A DNA stretch of 64,000 nucleotides from contig CAVZHQ010000001.1 of assembly GCA_963775125.1 (NCBI GenBank), forward strand, positions 3,227 to 67,226. Direction: 5' to 3'. The DNA comes from an uncultured Acidimicrobiales bacterium (GTDB lineage: Bacteria > Actinomycetota > Acidimicrobiia > Acidimicrobiales > SZUA-35). The notes beneath the pieces were generated by a model, which ran no database searches, was not told the DNA's origin, and was given only the letters and a program-made list of their open reading frames with translations. The translations under genes and the position numbers were made by a program. Positions 1 to 10,110 of the stretch are shown here, one piece after another (the first letter of the stretch is position 1; every line of letters begins with the position of its first letter).

Positions 1-71
1 ACGGAAAGCGGCCGAAGCCGAAGCCCGCGGCGCCCCAGCGCACCGGGGACGCCAAGACACCTCGGGCATAG
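1..71 (+). CDS. 3' end of upstream gene (Lys/Pro-rich tail, product unknown)
   Basis: Frame from position 3 reads GKRPKPKPAAPQRTGDAKTPRA to TAG at 69-71, 8 bp before the next start. Confidence 0.4.
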   Translation, partial: GKRPKPKPAAPQRTGDAKTPRA

Positions 72-79
72 TACCCGTC

Positions 80-1812
80 GTGACTGCTCGATCCGCCCCC
101 CGTCTGCCCCACAAGTCGGCCGCCGAGATTTCGGCTGAGTTGCGCAACAGCTTCGTCGAGTCCCTCTATCGCCTGACCGGGGCCCAAGCCGGCCCCGATC
201 CCGTCTTGGCCGCGATGTTCGAATCGCTCGCCGTCCAGTTCGACCGGGTCTATCAGGAAGCCGACCAGGTCTTTTTCGGCGCCGCGCTCGACGACCTCAT
301 TCGAGGGCTGGGGATGCCGGCTCGATTGGCCCGACCGGCTCAAGCCGTCGTCCAGTTCAGCCAGCTGAGCGCCCGGGAAACGATTTCACCGGAAGTCGAA
401 CTGATCGGATACCAAGCGAGTGGCGAGCCGGCGGCCTTCGCTCCGGATGCCACCATCGATATTGCGCCGGTCGAGATCGTGTTTGCCGGGGTTGCCGAAG
501 GCGGCCGACTGACAACGTTAGGCGGGGCCCGTTTGCCCTGGGTCAATCAGCCGCTCCTGCCCGGCCTGTCGAGCCCGGTGCCGCTCTCGGCCGTCGCCCC
601 GACCCTGTTTCTCGCGTTCGAGGCGGACGCCGGCCACTTGAGCCGCCTTGGGCTGTTCGTCGAAACCGCAAGCCCGGCCTCGACCCTGCCCGCGACCCTC
701 GCCGAGGAGTCCGTGGCTGTTGCTCGACGGCGGCGGGTCGGATGACCGAACGGGGCGTTCTCCGGGCCGCCCGGACCCGTGGCGGGATGCGGCAACTGGC
801 CTTCCTGGCGATCTCCGGCCCCGAATCGAGACCGCAGGCGCCGCCGGCGTCGTGCCGCTGGTCGCCGGCGTGGTCGGTGACGCCGTCTGGCTCCTCCCAG
901 GAAACCCCGGCCGAACGCCGGTGGCGCTCGTCGGATTCCGCCCGCCATTGCCGAGGCGGTGCCGCGCCTGATGCCGGTCGGTCACGAGCAGGCCCTCGAC
1001 CGTCCCTTGGTCTGGCTTCAAATCCCGCTTGCGGCCGGAACTCAGCGCCAAGGCGAGTCAGATTTCTCGGTTTGCCGTCAATTGCGTGACGGGCGTCGAA
1101 CATCGAAATCTGGAGCGAGCAGATCGATTTCCCGTGGCTCGGGAACGTCGTGAGCCATCGCCCGTCCACGGCAACGGACCGGCATGTCCTCGGAGTCCAG
1201 AGCGTCGTCGGCGAGACCGGCGAGCCATATGCCGAGGTCTCCGATCTCGAAACCGCCCCGGGCGTGGGGTCGGTTCCGGTATCTCGGCGCCGGCCGGTTC
1301 GAGTTCGCGCCGGCCCGTCAGGCGAGCGGCCGCTTCGATCTCTACGCCATGCTTCGGATCCTCTATTGCGACGGCGACAGTGCCAATGGAATCGCCGCGG
1401 GGAAGATCGAACAGATTCGGAGCGAGTTGCCGCAGAACCCGTTGGCCCGGGTCACCAGTTTGACGCCCAGCAAAGGCGGGTCTAATCCGCCCGAGTATCC
1501 GGAAGCCAGGCTCCGGTTTGCGGAGCAGCTTCGGACCCGCGAACGGGTCGTGACGGCGGCCGATATCGAGATCGCCGTCCGGGCCACCGAACCTCGGGTA
1601 ACCGACGTCCAGGTCGCGGAGTATTTCGGAAATCACCACGGCCGGTTTTGAGCATGGTGACCATGGTCACCGCGACCGTGGCCCCCGAAGATTTCGCCGA
1701 CCCCGAGGCCGAGTTCGAACGGCTCCGAACCGAGCTTGAAGCCTACCTGTCCGAGCGATGTATGATCGGCCAGCGGATCCAAGTGACCATGGATCGCCGG
1801 AGCCGGCGATGA
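80..1812 (+). CDS. tssF: TssF / baseplate-J-like baseplate wedge protein (multiple frameshifts)
   Basis: N-terminal DPVLAAMFESLA...LDDLIRGLGMPARLARPAQAVVQF; C-terminal GG...E...ARLRFAEQLRTRERVVTAADIE motif (ORF 1184-1651); last frame ends TGA 1810-1812, overlapping next ATG. Confidence 0.72.
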
Positions 1813-2724
1813 ACGCGGCCATGCCGAATTTCGTCGCCCCGACCCGGGGAGTGAAGCAGTCGCTTGACTCGGCTGTTGAGTCGCTCAATCAGCTCGGCGT
1901 CGAAATGAACCGGATTGTCCTCCGAAGCGCGGGCCCCGGGTGGCGTCGCGGCGCGGTCATCGCTCAGGATCCCGCGCCAGGCACCACGCTCCGCCCCGAG
2001 TCGAGGGTCACCCTCACGGTAGCCGGCGCCGGCGCCATCGACACCGCGCCGTTCGCGATGCGCGACAGTGCCGACGGGGAGTTTCGGATCGATAAGTTGT
2101 TTGACTTGTTCGACAACCACTTTCTCCGACTGGGCCACCATATTCGGTCGGCCGGTGGGATGCTGACGCCTGACCGGCCTGGGGGACTATGAAGGTGCCG
2201 CCAGGTGGATCACCGAAATATTTGGCCTCTCGGCCAAACCGTGGCCCAAGGAACGGTGGTACGACGTCGCCCTGGTCGTCCTCGTCCCTTCACCGGATTG
2301 CCGGCCGGCCGGAGGGGCGGCCCTGGCTTCTGGGTGGTGTTCCGGCTTCCGGCGTCGCCGGTTCGGCTGGTGTCTGGGATTGCCCCGGTCCGACCCGAAC
2401 GCCGAACCAGGCTCGGCCGCACGAACGGACGGTTAGGCGTCGACGCCTTGATTGGTGACGGCGTGACCGTCCATACCGCCGTCGAAATCGAGATTGGACC
2501 GGTCGACCTGGAGACGTACTGGCGGTCGATTGCGGCCGCCTGAACGCGGTCAACGCGATGCGTTGTACCGCTTAGTGCTGCCGGCACACGTTCAGAACCG
2601 CGTGGTGGAGCGATGGATCGTTGGGAATCGCGAGGAAGGCGCCGTCCTCGGTGACCGGCAACGCCACGCGGCCCAGGTGTCAACAGTTATCTCGGGACCC
2701 CCGAGCCGAGGAGTGCCCGCGTAA
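1809..2724 (+). CDS. tssG: TssG-like baseplate protein with N-terminal PASTA-like domain (frameshifted)
   Basis: MPNF...GAVIAQDPAPGTTLRPESRVTLTVA (PASTA pattern), then LFDLFDNHFLRL and RLGRTNGRLGVDALIG...IEIGPVDLETY (TssG patterns); ATGA overlap with tssF, TAA 2722-2724. Confidence 0.72.
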
Positions 2725-4372
2725 ATGCAGGATGAACAGTCGTTCCGATCGGTCAACTGGACCACGGTGGATGCTCCTCACCCCGGAGCATTTCCTCCAG
2801 CAAGATCGTCACAATGAGGAGTTGGTCGTTTGGCTGCTTCGATACTGCGTTCCGGTGTCCGGTCTCGTCGGCGGCGGAGTCCGCCTGGACGCGGTCGAGC
2901 AAGGCCTGGCCAAACTCGACCCGAAAATCGACCTGGTCAACGATGGTGATCGGCTCAGAGTCTCGGTCCTCCGCGCGCGGGCCATTACACCGAGCGGCGA
3001 GTTGATTGACGTCGACGAGTCCCGGCCGATCGACGTCCAAGTGAACCGAAGCGATCTGGCCGGGATTAGCGACCTTCTGGTTTACCTGGTGCGCCGGCCT
3101 GAGAAGGAGCCCGATCCTGATTCCGTCGGTCGTGATCAAGCGAACCCGAATCAGGCGGCCTACAGCCGGACCCGCTACGAGGTTCGGCTGGGTATCTCCG
3201 CGGACCGTGGCTGGTCCTCCGTCGCGGTCGCGAGGCTTCGGCGCGCCTCTGAAACGCCGGGTTCGAAAAGGACGGTCAGTACATTCCGCCCTGCGCCTCG
3301 CTCCTGGCGCACAGCGCCCTCTATGACGTGGCCACCAGGATCCAGGCCGAAACAAGGTTACTGGTGGGTGAGTTCCAGCTGGTCCACGAGAAGGCCGGCC
3401 ACTTCGCCGAACGAGTGGCCAGCCGGGGTGTCGACATCCGCGCCGACCTCGATATCCGGAGCTTCGTTGAACGAAGCGGTCCTCGCTCTCGAAACCGCCG
3501 CCTACGAAACCGCCGACCTGACCGTGGCTCCGCAACGGTTCTTCCAGCAAATCCACCGGGCGAATCGGCTGATCGCCTTGGCACTTTCGTTGAGCCAGTC
3601 GAGCCGCCAATTCTTCAAGGATCTCGGCCAAGTCGACGCCTCCTACTCCGAACTGCTCGATTCCGAGCAGGGCGTGCTCCGTACCGCCAAGAGATCTCGA
3701 TCGCCGTGAAGAGCTCCGCCCGGTTGCGACCCGAGCCATCGAGACCCTCACCCGCCTCCGGCGTTTGGTTGCAGCCCTGGCAGGCAAGTACGTCGACTAC
3801 CGGTTGAACGAGTCGATCGAGTCGATTCGCTTCATGCTCGATCGGGATGGCGAACAATTCTCACTCAAGCCTGTGTCGTCGCCGTCGCACCCCCAACGCG
3901 AAGGCGACCTCCTCACGTTCGTCTTTACCCAGCTCGAACTCGCTGGGCGCCACGAGTACCGGGTCGTCCTCACCGGTGACCCGAGAGCCGCGGCCGGATG
4001 GGCGGTTGGGCAGGAACTCAGTGTCTCGATCCGGGTCAACGCCTCAGGAGGACCCCGGCCGCCGATGTCGAGTTCAGTCATGTGCGAGGTCGAGGGCCAA
4101 AGGAACTTTGCCGTCAACTTCGATACCCCGCAGGACGTCACCACGATTGCTGGGCTCACCGTCACCGTCCAACCGGGGCAGGGAATCCGCGGCGCCGTGC
4201 TGTTCCGCCGCCGCCTGGGAATGGCCAGCCCCGGCGCCGCGGGGGCGATGCCGATGGCGCCGGCACCAGTGGCGTCGCCACGCCCGTAGCCCCGCCGATT
4301 CAGGCCCCGCCCCCGCCGCCCCCGCCTCCAGCGGCCCCTAAAATCACGCTCAAACGCCCGGGTCAGGGCTGA
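2725..4372 (+). CDS. tssK: TssK-like baseplate protein with atypical C-terminal domain and Pro-rich tail (frameshifted)
   Basis: GAGGAG RBS, ATG directly after TAA; SVNW..GMLLTPEHFLQQDRHNE and RARAITPSGELIDVD match the TssK N-terminus; pieces in ORFs 2621-3709, 3328-3807, 3765-4289, 3998-4372. Confidence 0.65.
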
Positions 4373-4389
4373 TCTGAGTCGAGGAAACC

Positions 4390-7054
4390 ATGGATCTCAA
4401 TCGTCTTTCGATGGACCTGACCGCGGCGCCGAAAGAGTCGCGCCGGGTCGCTACCAAGGCCGGGCAGGGGGTACATCCAGGCCAAGCACTTGTTGATGGC
4501 GCTGCTTGATCCGAAGGGGGCGTTAGGCCGGACCGCCGGCAAGCTCGGCCTGGATGCCGCCGGGGGTTCTTCGCCGGGTCGAGGCAGTCCCCGATGGGGC
4601 CGATGCCGTCAAAGCGGAGCCAGGGCGCCAGCCCGTGGCCGGCCGAACCTTGCGCTCGATCTGCTGGACCGGGCCACCGCCGCTGCCGACCAGAAGGGCA
4701 GCCACACGGTCGGCCGCTCCGAGGTGGCGCTTGCCGCGGCCAGCTCCGATCAAGCGAATATCGGACCGGCGCTTCGGGACGCCGGTTGGACCGTGGACAA
4801 ACTCACTGCCGCCCTCCGGTCGCCTGAAGTGATGCAGCCGACCGAGGAAAAGGCAGCCGAAGCAGGCGGCAGCGTACTGGCAAAGTACACCCGGGACTTG
4901 ACCGAGGCCGCCCGGGGCGGCAAGATCATGCCGGTGGTCGGCCGCGATTCCGAAACCAGAAACGTGATCCAAACCCTGCTCCGAAAGACCAAGAAACAAT
5001 CCAGTTCTCGTCGGTGACCCTGGGACCGGCAAAACCGCTGTGGTCGAAGGCTTGGCTCTCAGGATCGCTGCTGGTGACGTCCCGGAATCGCTCAAGAAAT
5101 GCCGCCTCTTGGCGCTCGACCTCACCGGCCTGGTGGCTGGAGCCAAGTACCGGGGCGAATTCGAAGAGCGGATCAAGGCGATTGCCGACGAGGTCCGTGA
5201 ATTGGACGACGTCATTCTCTTCCTTGACGAAATCCATACCCTGGTCGGCGCGGGCGGCAGCGCCGGTGGGATGGACGTGGCCAATATTCTCAAGCCGGCC
5301 TTGGCTCGTGGCGAACTCCGGTGCGTCGGCGCCACTACCTTCGACGAATATCGTGAGTCGATCGAAAAAGACGGCGCCCTCGCCCGCCGGTTCGAAAAGA
5401 TCGTCTGCGATGAGCCTGATGACGAAATGACTCTGGCCATGTTACGGGGTGTCAAGGGCAAGTACGAGGCCCATCACGGCGTCGCCATTGTCGAGGAGGC
5501 GCTCCAGGCCACGGTCAAATTGGCCCGTCGCCACATTCGCGACCGGTTCTTCCCCGACAAAGCCTTCGACATTCTCGACGAAGCCGCCGCTCGGCTCCGG
5601 ATGCAACGCGAAGCGAAGCCCAATGTGATCGATGAGAAGGAACGGGCGCTCGTTCGGCTCAAGACGAAGCAAGAGGCCATCAAGGCAAGCGGCGAGGGCG
5701 ATGCGCCCGCGGTGGCGAAAGAGATCAAAGCGGCCGAAGCGGAGCTGGCGGTCGTTGAGAAGCGTTGGGCCGAAGAGAAGGCCGTCGGCGACGGCCTCCA
5801 GACGACCCGCAAGGCGACCTCGGAAAAACAGGCCGAGCTCGAAGCAGCCGAAGGGGCCGGCGACGTCGCCAAAGCGGCCGAGCTCCGCTACGGAGCCCTC
5901 AAGTTCCTCGGTGAGCAAGAGGCTGACCTGCTCAAACGCCAGGTCGTGATCCTCGAGCTCGGGGTCTTGGTGCCCCACGAAGTGCGGGCAACGGACGTCG
6001 CCGATGTGGTGGCCAGGCGGGCCGGCATTCCGATCTCGCGCATGATGGAGAGCGAGCGCGACCGGCTTTTGAAGCTCGAAGAGCGTTTGGCGAGTCGCGT
6101 CATCGGGCAGCCCGAAGCGGTCGACGCGCTGGCCGAAGCAGCCCGCCGGATGCGGGCGGACCTCAGGAAGAAGCGGAAGCCGGCGTCGTTCCTGTTCGTC
6201 GGACCGACCGGCGTTGGGAAGACCGAACTCGCCAAAGGCCTCGCCGAGGCGCTGTTCGACGACGAGAGCGCCCTAATTCGGATCGATATGGCGGAGTACA
6301 AGGACTCCGGATCGATTTCGGGGTTGATCGGTTCGAGGCCGGGCCTCGTCGGCTCCGAGCAAGGTGGGTTCCTGACGGAGCAGGTCCGCCGCTCTCCCTA
6401 CTCGGTGGTGCTGTTCGACGAAATCGAAAAGGCCCACGCCGAGGTGATGGACCTGATGTTGGGTCTCCTCGACGAGGGGCGCCTGACCGACGCCAAAGGC
6501 CGACTGTGCGACTTCACCAACACCATCGTCCTGTTGACCTCGAATCTCGGCGTCAAAGAGGCCAATGCCGTTGCCAAGACCAATGAGGAACGGCGCGACA
6601 TCATCATGAAGGTCGTCCAGTCAAGCCTGCGGCCCGAAATCTTCAACCGCCTCGGGGGCGTCATCCCGTTCAACGCCCTTGAGATGGACACCCTGGAAAT
6701 CATCGTCGGGATGCATCTCAAGAGCCTCGGCAGCCGGCTGAAAGAGGAGTACAAGGGCACCCTCGAGGTCGACCCGGACGCCGTCACACTGCTCGCAACC
6801 CTGGCCTATGACCCGATGTACGGGGCTCGGCCGGTCGAGCGGACCATTGACCGAAGCATTCTGAGCCGCTGTCCCGCCTGATCATCGGTGGCGACGTGAC
6901 CGCGGGGACGGTGGTTCGGGTCGTCAGGGATGGCGATGAGGTCGTTCTGTTAGCGGGGACCAAAGAGGAAGTCGACGCCGAGGCCCTGGTGGTCAAGGCC
7001 GATGCAGCCAAGCGCGCAGAAGCCGAAGCGAAAGGCGAGAAGGAGGCTCCATGA
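4390..7054 (+). CDS. ClpB/ClpV (TssH)-type AAA+ ATPase (frameshifted)
   Basis: GAGGA RBS; [33 protein letters not shown], coiled-coil [30 protein letters not shown]; ends TGA 7052-7054 overlapping next ATG. Confidence 0.9.
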
Positions 7055-8174
7055 AACGGTTGGCATTGGTGCTCGTCGCGGGGCTCTGCTGGGCCCCAGC
7101 CGCGGAAGCCCAGTTTCCGTTCTTCAAGAAAAAGAAGAAGGAGCAGCCGCCGGCCGAGGCCGCCGCCAAGGGTCCCGCCGAAACCGCGGCCCCAGGAGCC
7201 GCTCCGCCGGCACCGGCCACCGCCGATGGGCCTCAGCAGTCGGGTGCCGCGCCGGCGGTTGCGGCCCCATCCGCTCCAGCCCCCGCCCCGGGTCAGGCCA
7301 AGGGCCTGACGCCCGAGCAAGAGGAGGCCCTCCAGGCCGAGATCGACCAGGCGATCGGGGCCGATGCGGTCGTCGACACCTCGGTCGGAAAAATCACCGA
7401 GCGAATGAGCCGCTGGCAGCGGCTCCTGTCAAGCTCCCACTCCAGGACGAACGCCGCCAGGCGGCCCAGCAGGCCTTCGACCGGGCCAAGACCGACCTCG
7501 ACCTTGCCAAGGCCAAGAGCGCTGCGCAAGGCAATGCCGGCGAGGACTTGAAAAAAGGCCATTGCCGACAAGCTCCAGTCCGCCGCCGCCGCCGTCCAGT
7601 CAAAGGACTGGGGCAACGCCGAGCGCGATGCGACCTGGGTCATCGAGCGCGACCCGGAGAACAAACGAGCCGAACGAATTCTTCAGCAAGCCGCAAGCGG
7701 CCGGAAACTGAGCGATCTCCTGTGGATGCTCGGCATGCTTGCCGCGGTCCTCGTGGTCGTTGCCGTTCCCTTGGTCCTAGTGGGGAAATGGTACGCCAAG
7801 AAGCGGGAGGAGCGTCTTTCCAAGGAGCAAACCGCGGCAGCCAACCGCGCCGCGGTCCTTCAGATCGTCGATGGCTTGTCCCGTGGCAAGTTGATTACCC
7901 TCGACAAGGACAAAGCCACCTTCAAGATCGGCGCCGCGACCGGGCCAGGCGACACCGAAAAGAACGATCTGATCCTCAGCGATTCGGCCACGCTTGTCTC
8001 CCGCTACCACTGCAGTCTGATCCGGCGGGCCGGCGATTATTTCTTCGTCGATTCGAGTCTAACGGCACTGCGGTCAACGGCGATCTGCTCAAGCGAGGGG
8101 AGCACTATCCCCTCGAGGATGGCGACGAGATTACGGTGGCGGACGTGTCCCGGATCAAGTTTCTCCACGCCTGA
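7051..8174 (+). CDS. Signal peptide / Pro-Ala linker / TPR-like / TM / C-terminal FHA domain protein (frameshifted)
   Basis: [20 protein letters not shown] signal peptide; TM followed by KWYAKKREER; FHA motifs FKIG...NDLIL...VSRYHC...DSS-NGTAVNG...LEDGDEI. Confidence 0.75.
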
Positions 8175-8176
8175 CG

Positions 8177-8998
8177 GTGGTAGTCCCGGGCTATCAGCTG
8201 GTCCGCCGACTGTCGTTAGGCGGCGGACCCACTGAGGTGTGGAGCGCCCGCACTTCGATTGGCGGCGAGGCGGTCGCCCTCAAGATCCTCAGGCAGTGTG
8301 CCTCAGAAGACCAGCGACTCCGGTTTGCCGCCGAGCGGGCTCTGCTCGGCCGGCTGGGCGGCCGCCACGGCGTCATTCGGCAGCTCGGCACCGTCGACGC
8401 CCCCCCCGCGATCGTCCTGGAACTCATGCCGGGCGGGAACCTCCGCACCCGGATCGGGGAGGCCCCCGTGTCACAACCGGACGCGATTCGTCTTGGGATC
8501 GACACGGCTCGCACGCTTCAGTGGCTCCATGAGCGACAGGTCATTCATCGCGACGTGAAGTCGAGCAACGTACTCCTCGCTCTGGACGGGTCCTCCAGGT
8601 TGGCCGATTTCAGTGTGGCTGCTGAAGGCGATCCTCCGCGGAGCCTCCCGGATGGCTGGATTGAGGAAACGGTCGGGACGCTTGGCTACGCCGCGCCCGA
8701 GTTGCTCCGAGCGCCGAATACGGCAACGCCGATGATGGACGTCTACGGGCTCGGTGCGGTCCTCTATGAGATGCTGACCGGTCGGCTACCGGCCATGATG
8801 GAGGGAGACGAGGACGAGCTCCAACTCAGGGCCAGGGTTGCCGCTGGGGCGCAGGCCCCGCCCCTCCGGCCCGGGGTCGACTCCGCGCCCTGGCTGGCAG
8901 CGGTCGTCATGCGGGCTCTCGACCCCAATCCCGCCACTCGCTTCCAAGCGGCTCGTGACGTCGAAGCGGCCCTCCGAAACGGGTCTAGCGCGGTGTGA
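8177..8998 (+). CDS. Hanks-type Ser/Thr protein kinase, soluble kinase domain only
   Basis: VALK, HRDVKSSN, LADFS, GTLGYAAPE, DVYGLG, ALDPNPATRF. Confidence 0.92.
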   Translation: MVVPGYQLVRRLSLGGGPTEVWSARTSIGGEAVALKILRQCASEDQRLRFAAERALLGRLGGRHGVIRQLGTVDAPPAIVLELMPGGNLRTRIGEAPVSQPDAIRLGIDTARTLQWLHERQVIHRDVKSSNVLLALDGSSRLADFSVAAEGDPPRSLPDGWIEETVGTLGYAAPELLRAPNTATPMMDVYGLGAVLYEMLTGRLPAMMEGDEDELQLRARVAAGAQAPPLRPGVDSAPWLAAVVMRALDPNPATRFQAARDVEAALRNGSSAV

Positions 8999-10110
8999 CG
9001 GTGTATTTATCCCGGCGATCGCGGAACCGATCGATGTGGAGGTGCTTGCCGGTGCCGGCCCGATCCGGAACACCTCGCTTGATGGCGGCCTGAATCTGAG
9101 CCATCAGCACCGCATCGAGCGAAAAGTCCTTGACTCGAATCCCCCGGTCGCCAAAGGCCCCGATCAGAAACGTGACCTGTTCGGGGCGGAGGTCACGGGT
9201 CCGAACGTCGAGCGCGCTACTGGGACCGTAGAGGGACACATGCTCCGGATGGTCACGGCCGGTAACTTCGAACTCTCGTTGAAACTGTGCCTGGAAAGCC
9301 CGCTGAGCCTCCGCCACCGCTAGCGCGAACAGCTGGGGGGTCAAATTCGACCTGAGAGAGGCCCCGAGGTCCTTGAAGGAATTCTTGATCCTCGCCAGAC
9401 CCACCGGTCCGGTTCGTTTGTTGAACTGATAGAGATCGACCGCGGCGTTGTTGAAGGTGTTGATGGCGGGAATGAACCAGGCATTGTCGGCGATCGTGCT
9501 GGTCTTGAGCAGGACAAGCGCCTCGGTCAGCTGATTGGCCGCCTCGTCAGTGGCCCCAAAATCCAGCAGGGTAGCTGCCCGTTCGAAACGAGTCGTGGCC
9601 TCGACCATCAGGCTATCGAAAGTCTGCGCATCAAGGTCCGACAGAGTCGGAATCGAGTCGCCAGCGGTGGCCGCGGTCCGGATCCGCTGGATGGTCGTGA
9701 CCGCCAGATAGCCGAGCCCGACGAGGACAACCGAACCCGCAATCAGCAGCCCCCACGGGGTGGTCGACCGAGCGCCACGGACCCGGCGCCTCCGCTGCCA
9801 CCACCGGCGCTTCCGTCCCGGCTCGAGCGCGGTCTCGTATTCCGGCTCAGGCACATCCACGATCGGCTTGACCCGCGGCTCACCGGTGACAAACTCAAAT
9901 CGGGCCGAGGGACCGAGCTCGACCACGGCCCCATCGAGCAACTTGGTCGCCGTCGTGACCGCCGCCCCGTTCAGCCGAACCGTCGTCCCTGGACCGAACG
10001 GTGACAGGTAGTACCCATCCTGCCGCTCGCTGATCGACGCATGCCGCTCGGCCACGCCCGGCAGGTAGACCCGGAGACCGCTTGAAGACGACGACCCAAT
10101 CCAAAACCAG
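8985..10110 (-). CDS. FHA / TM / helical / putative LAS (M15-like) metallopeptidase protein, 5'-truncated at junction
   Basis: FWIG...GVAERHASI...VRLNG...LLDGAVVELG (FHA); Arg-rich patch then TM; C-terminal H..H...ALDV and GTGKHLHID; no native start found before the junction. Confidence 0.6.

Noticed and set aside
4390-7054. Housekeeping clpB
   Set aside because: Embedded in and coupled to the baseplate operon, with a divergent pore loop; symbol left blank because ClpV versus ClpB cannot be settled by eye.
80-10110. Claim of a T6SS in an actinobacterium
   Set aside because: Not supportable without read evidence; the junction breaks two genes and the indel density differs on each side.
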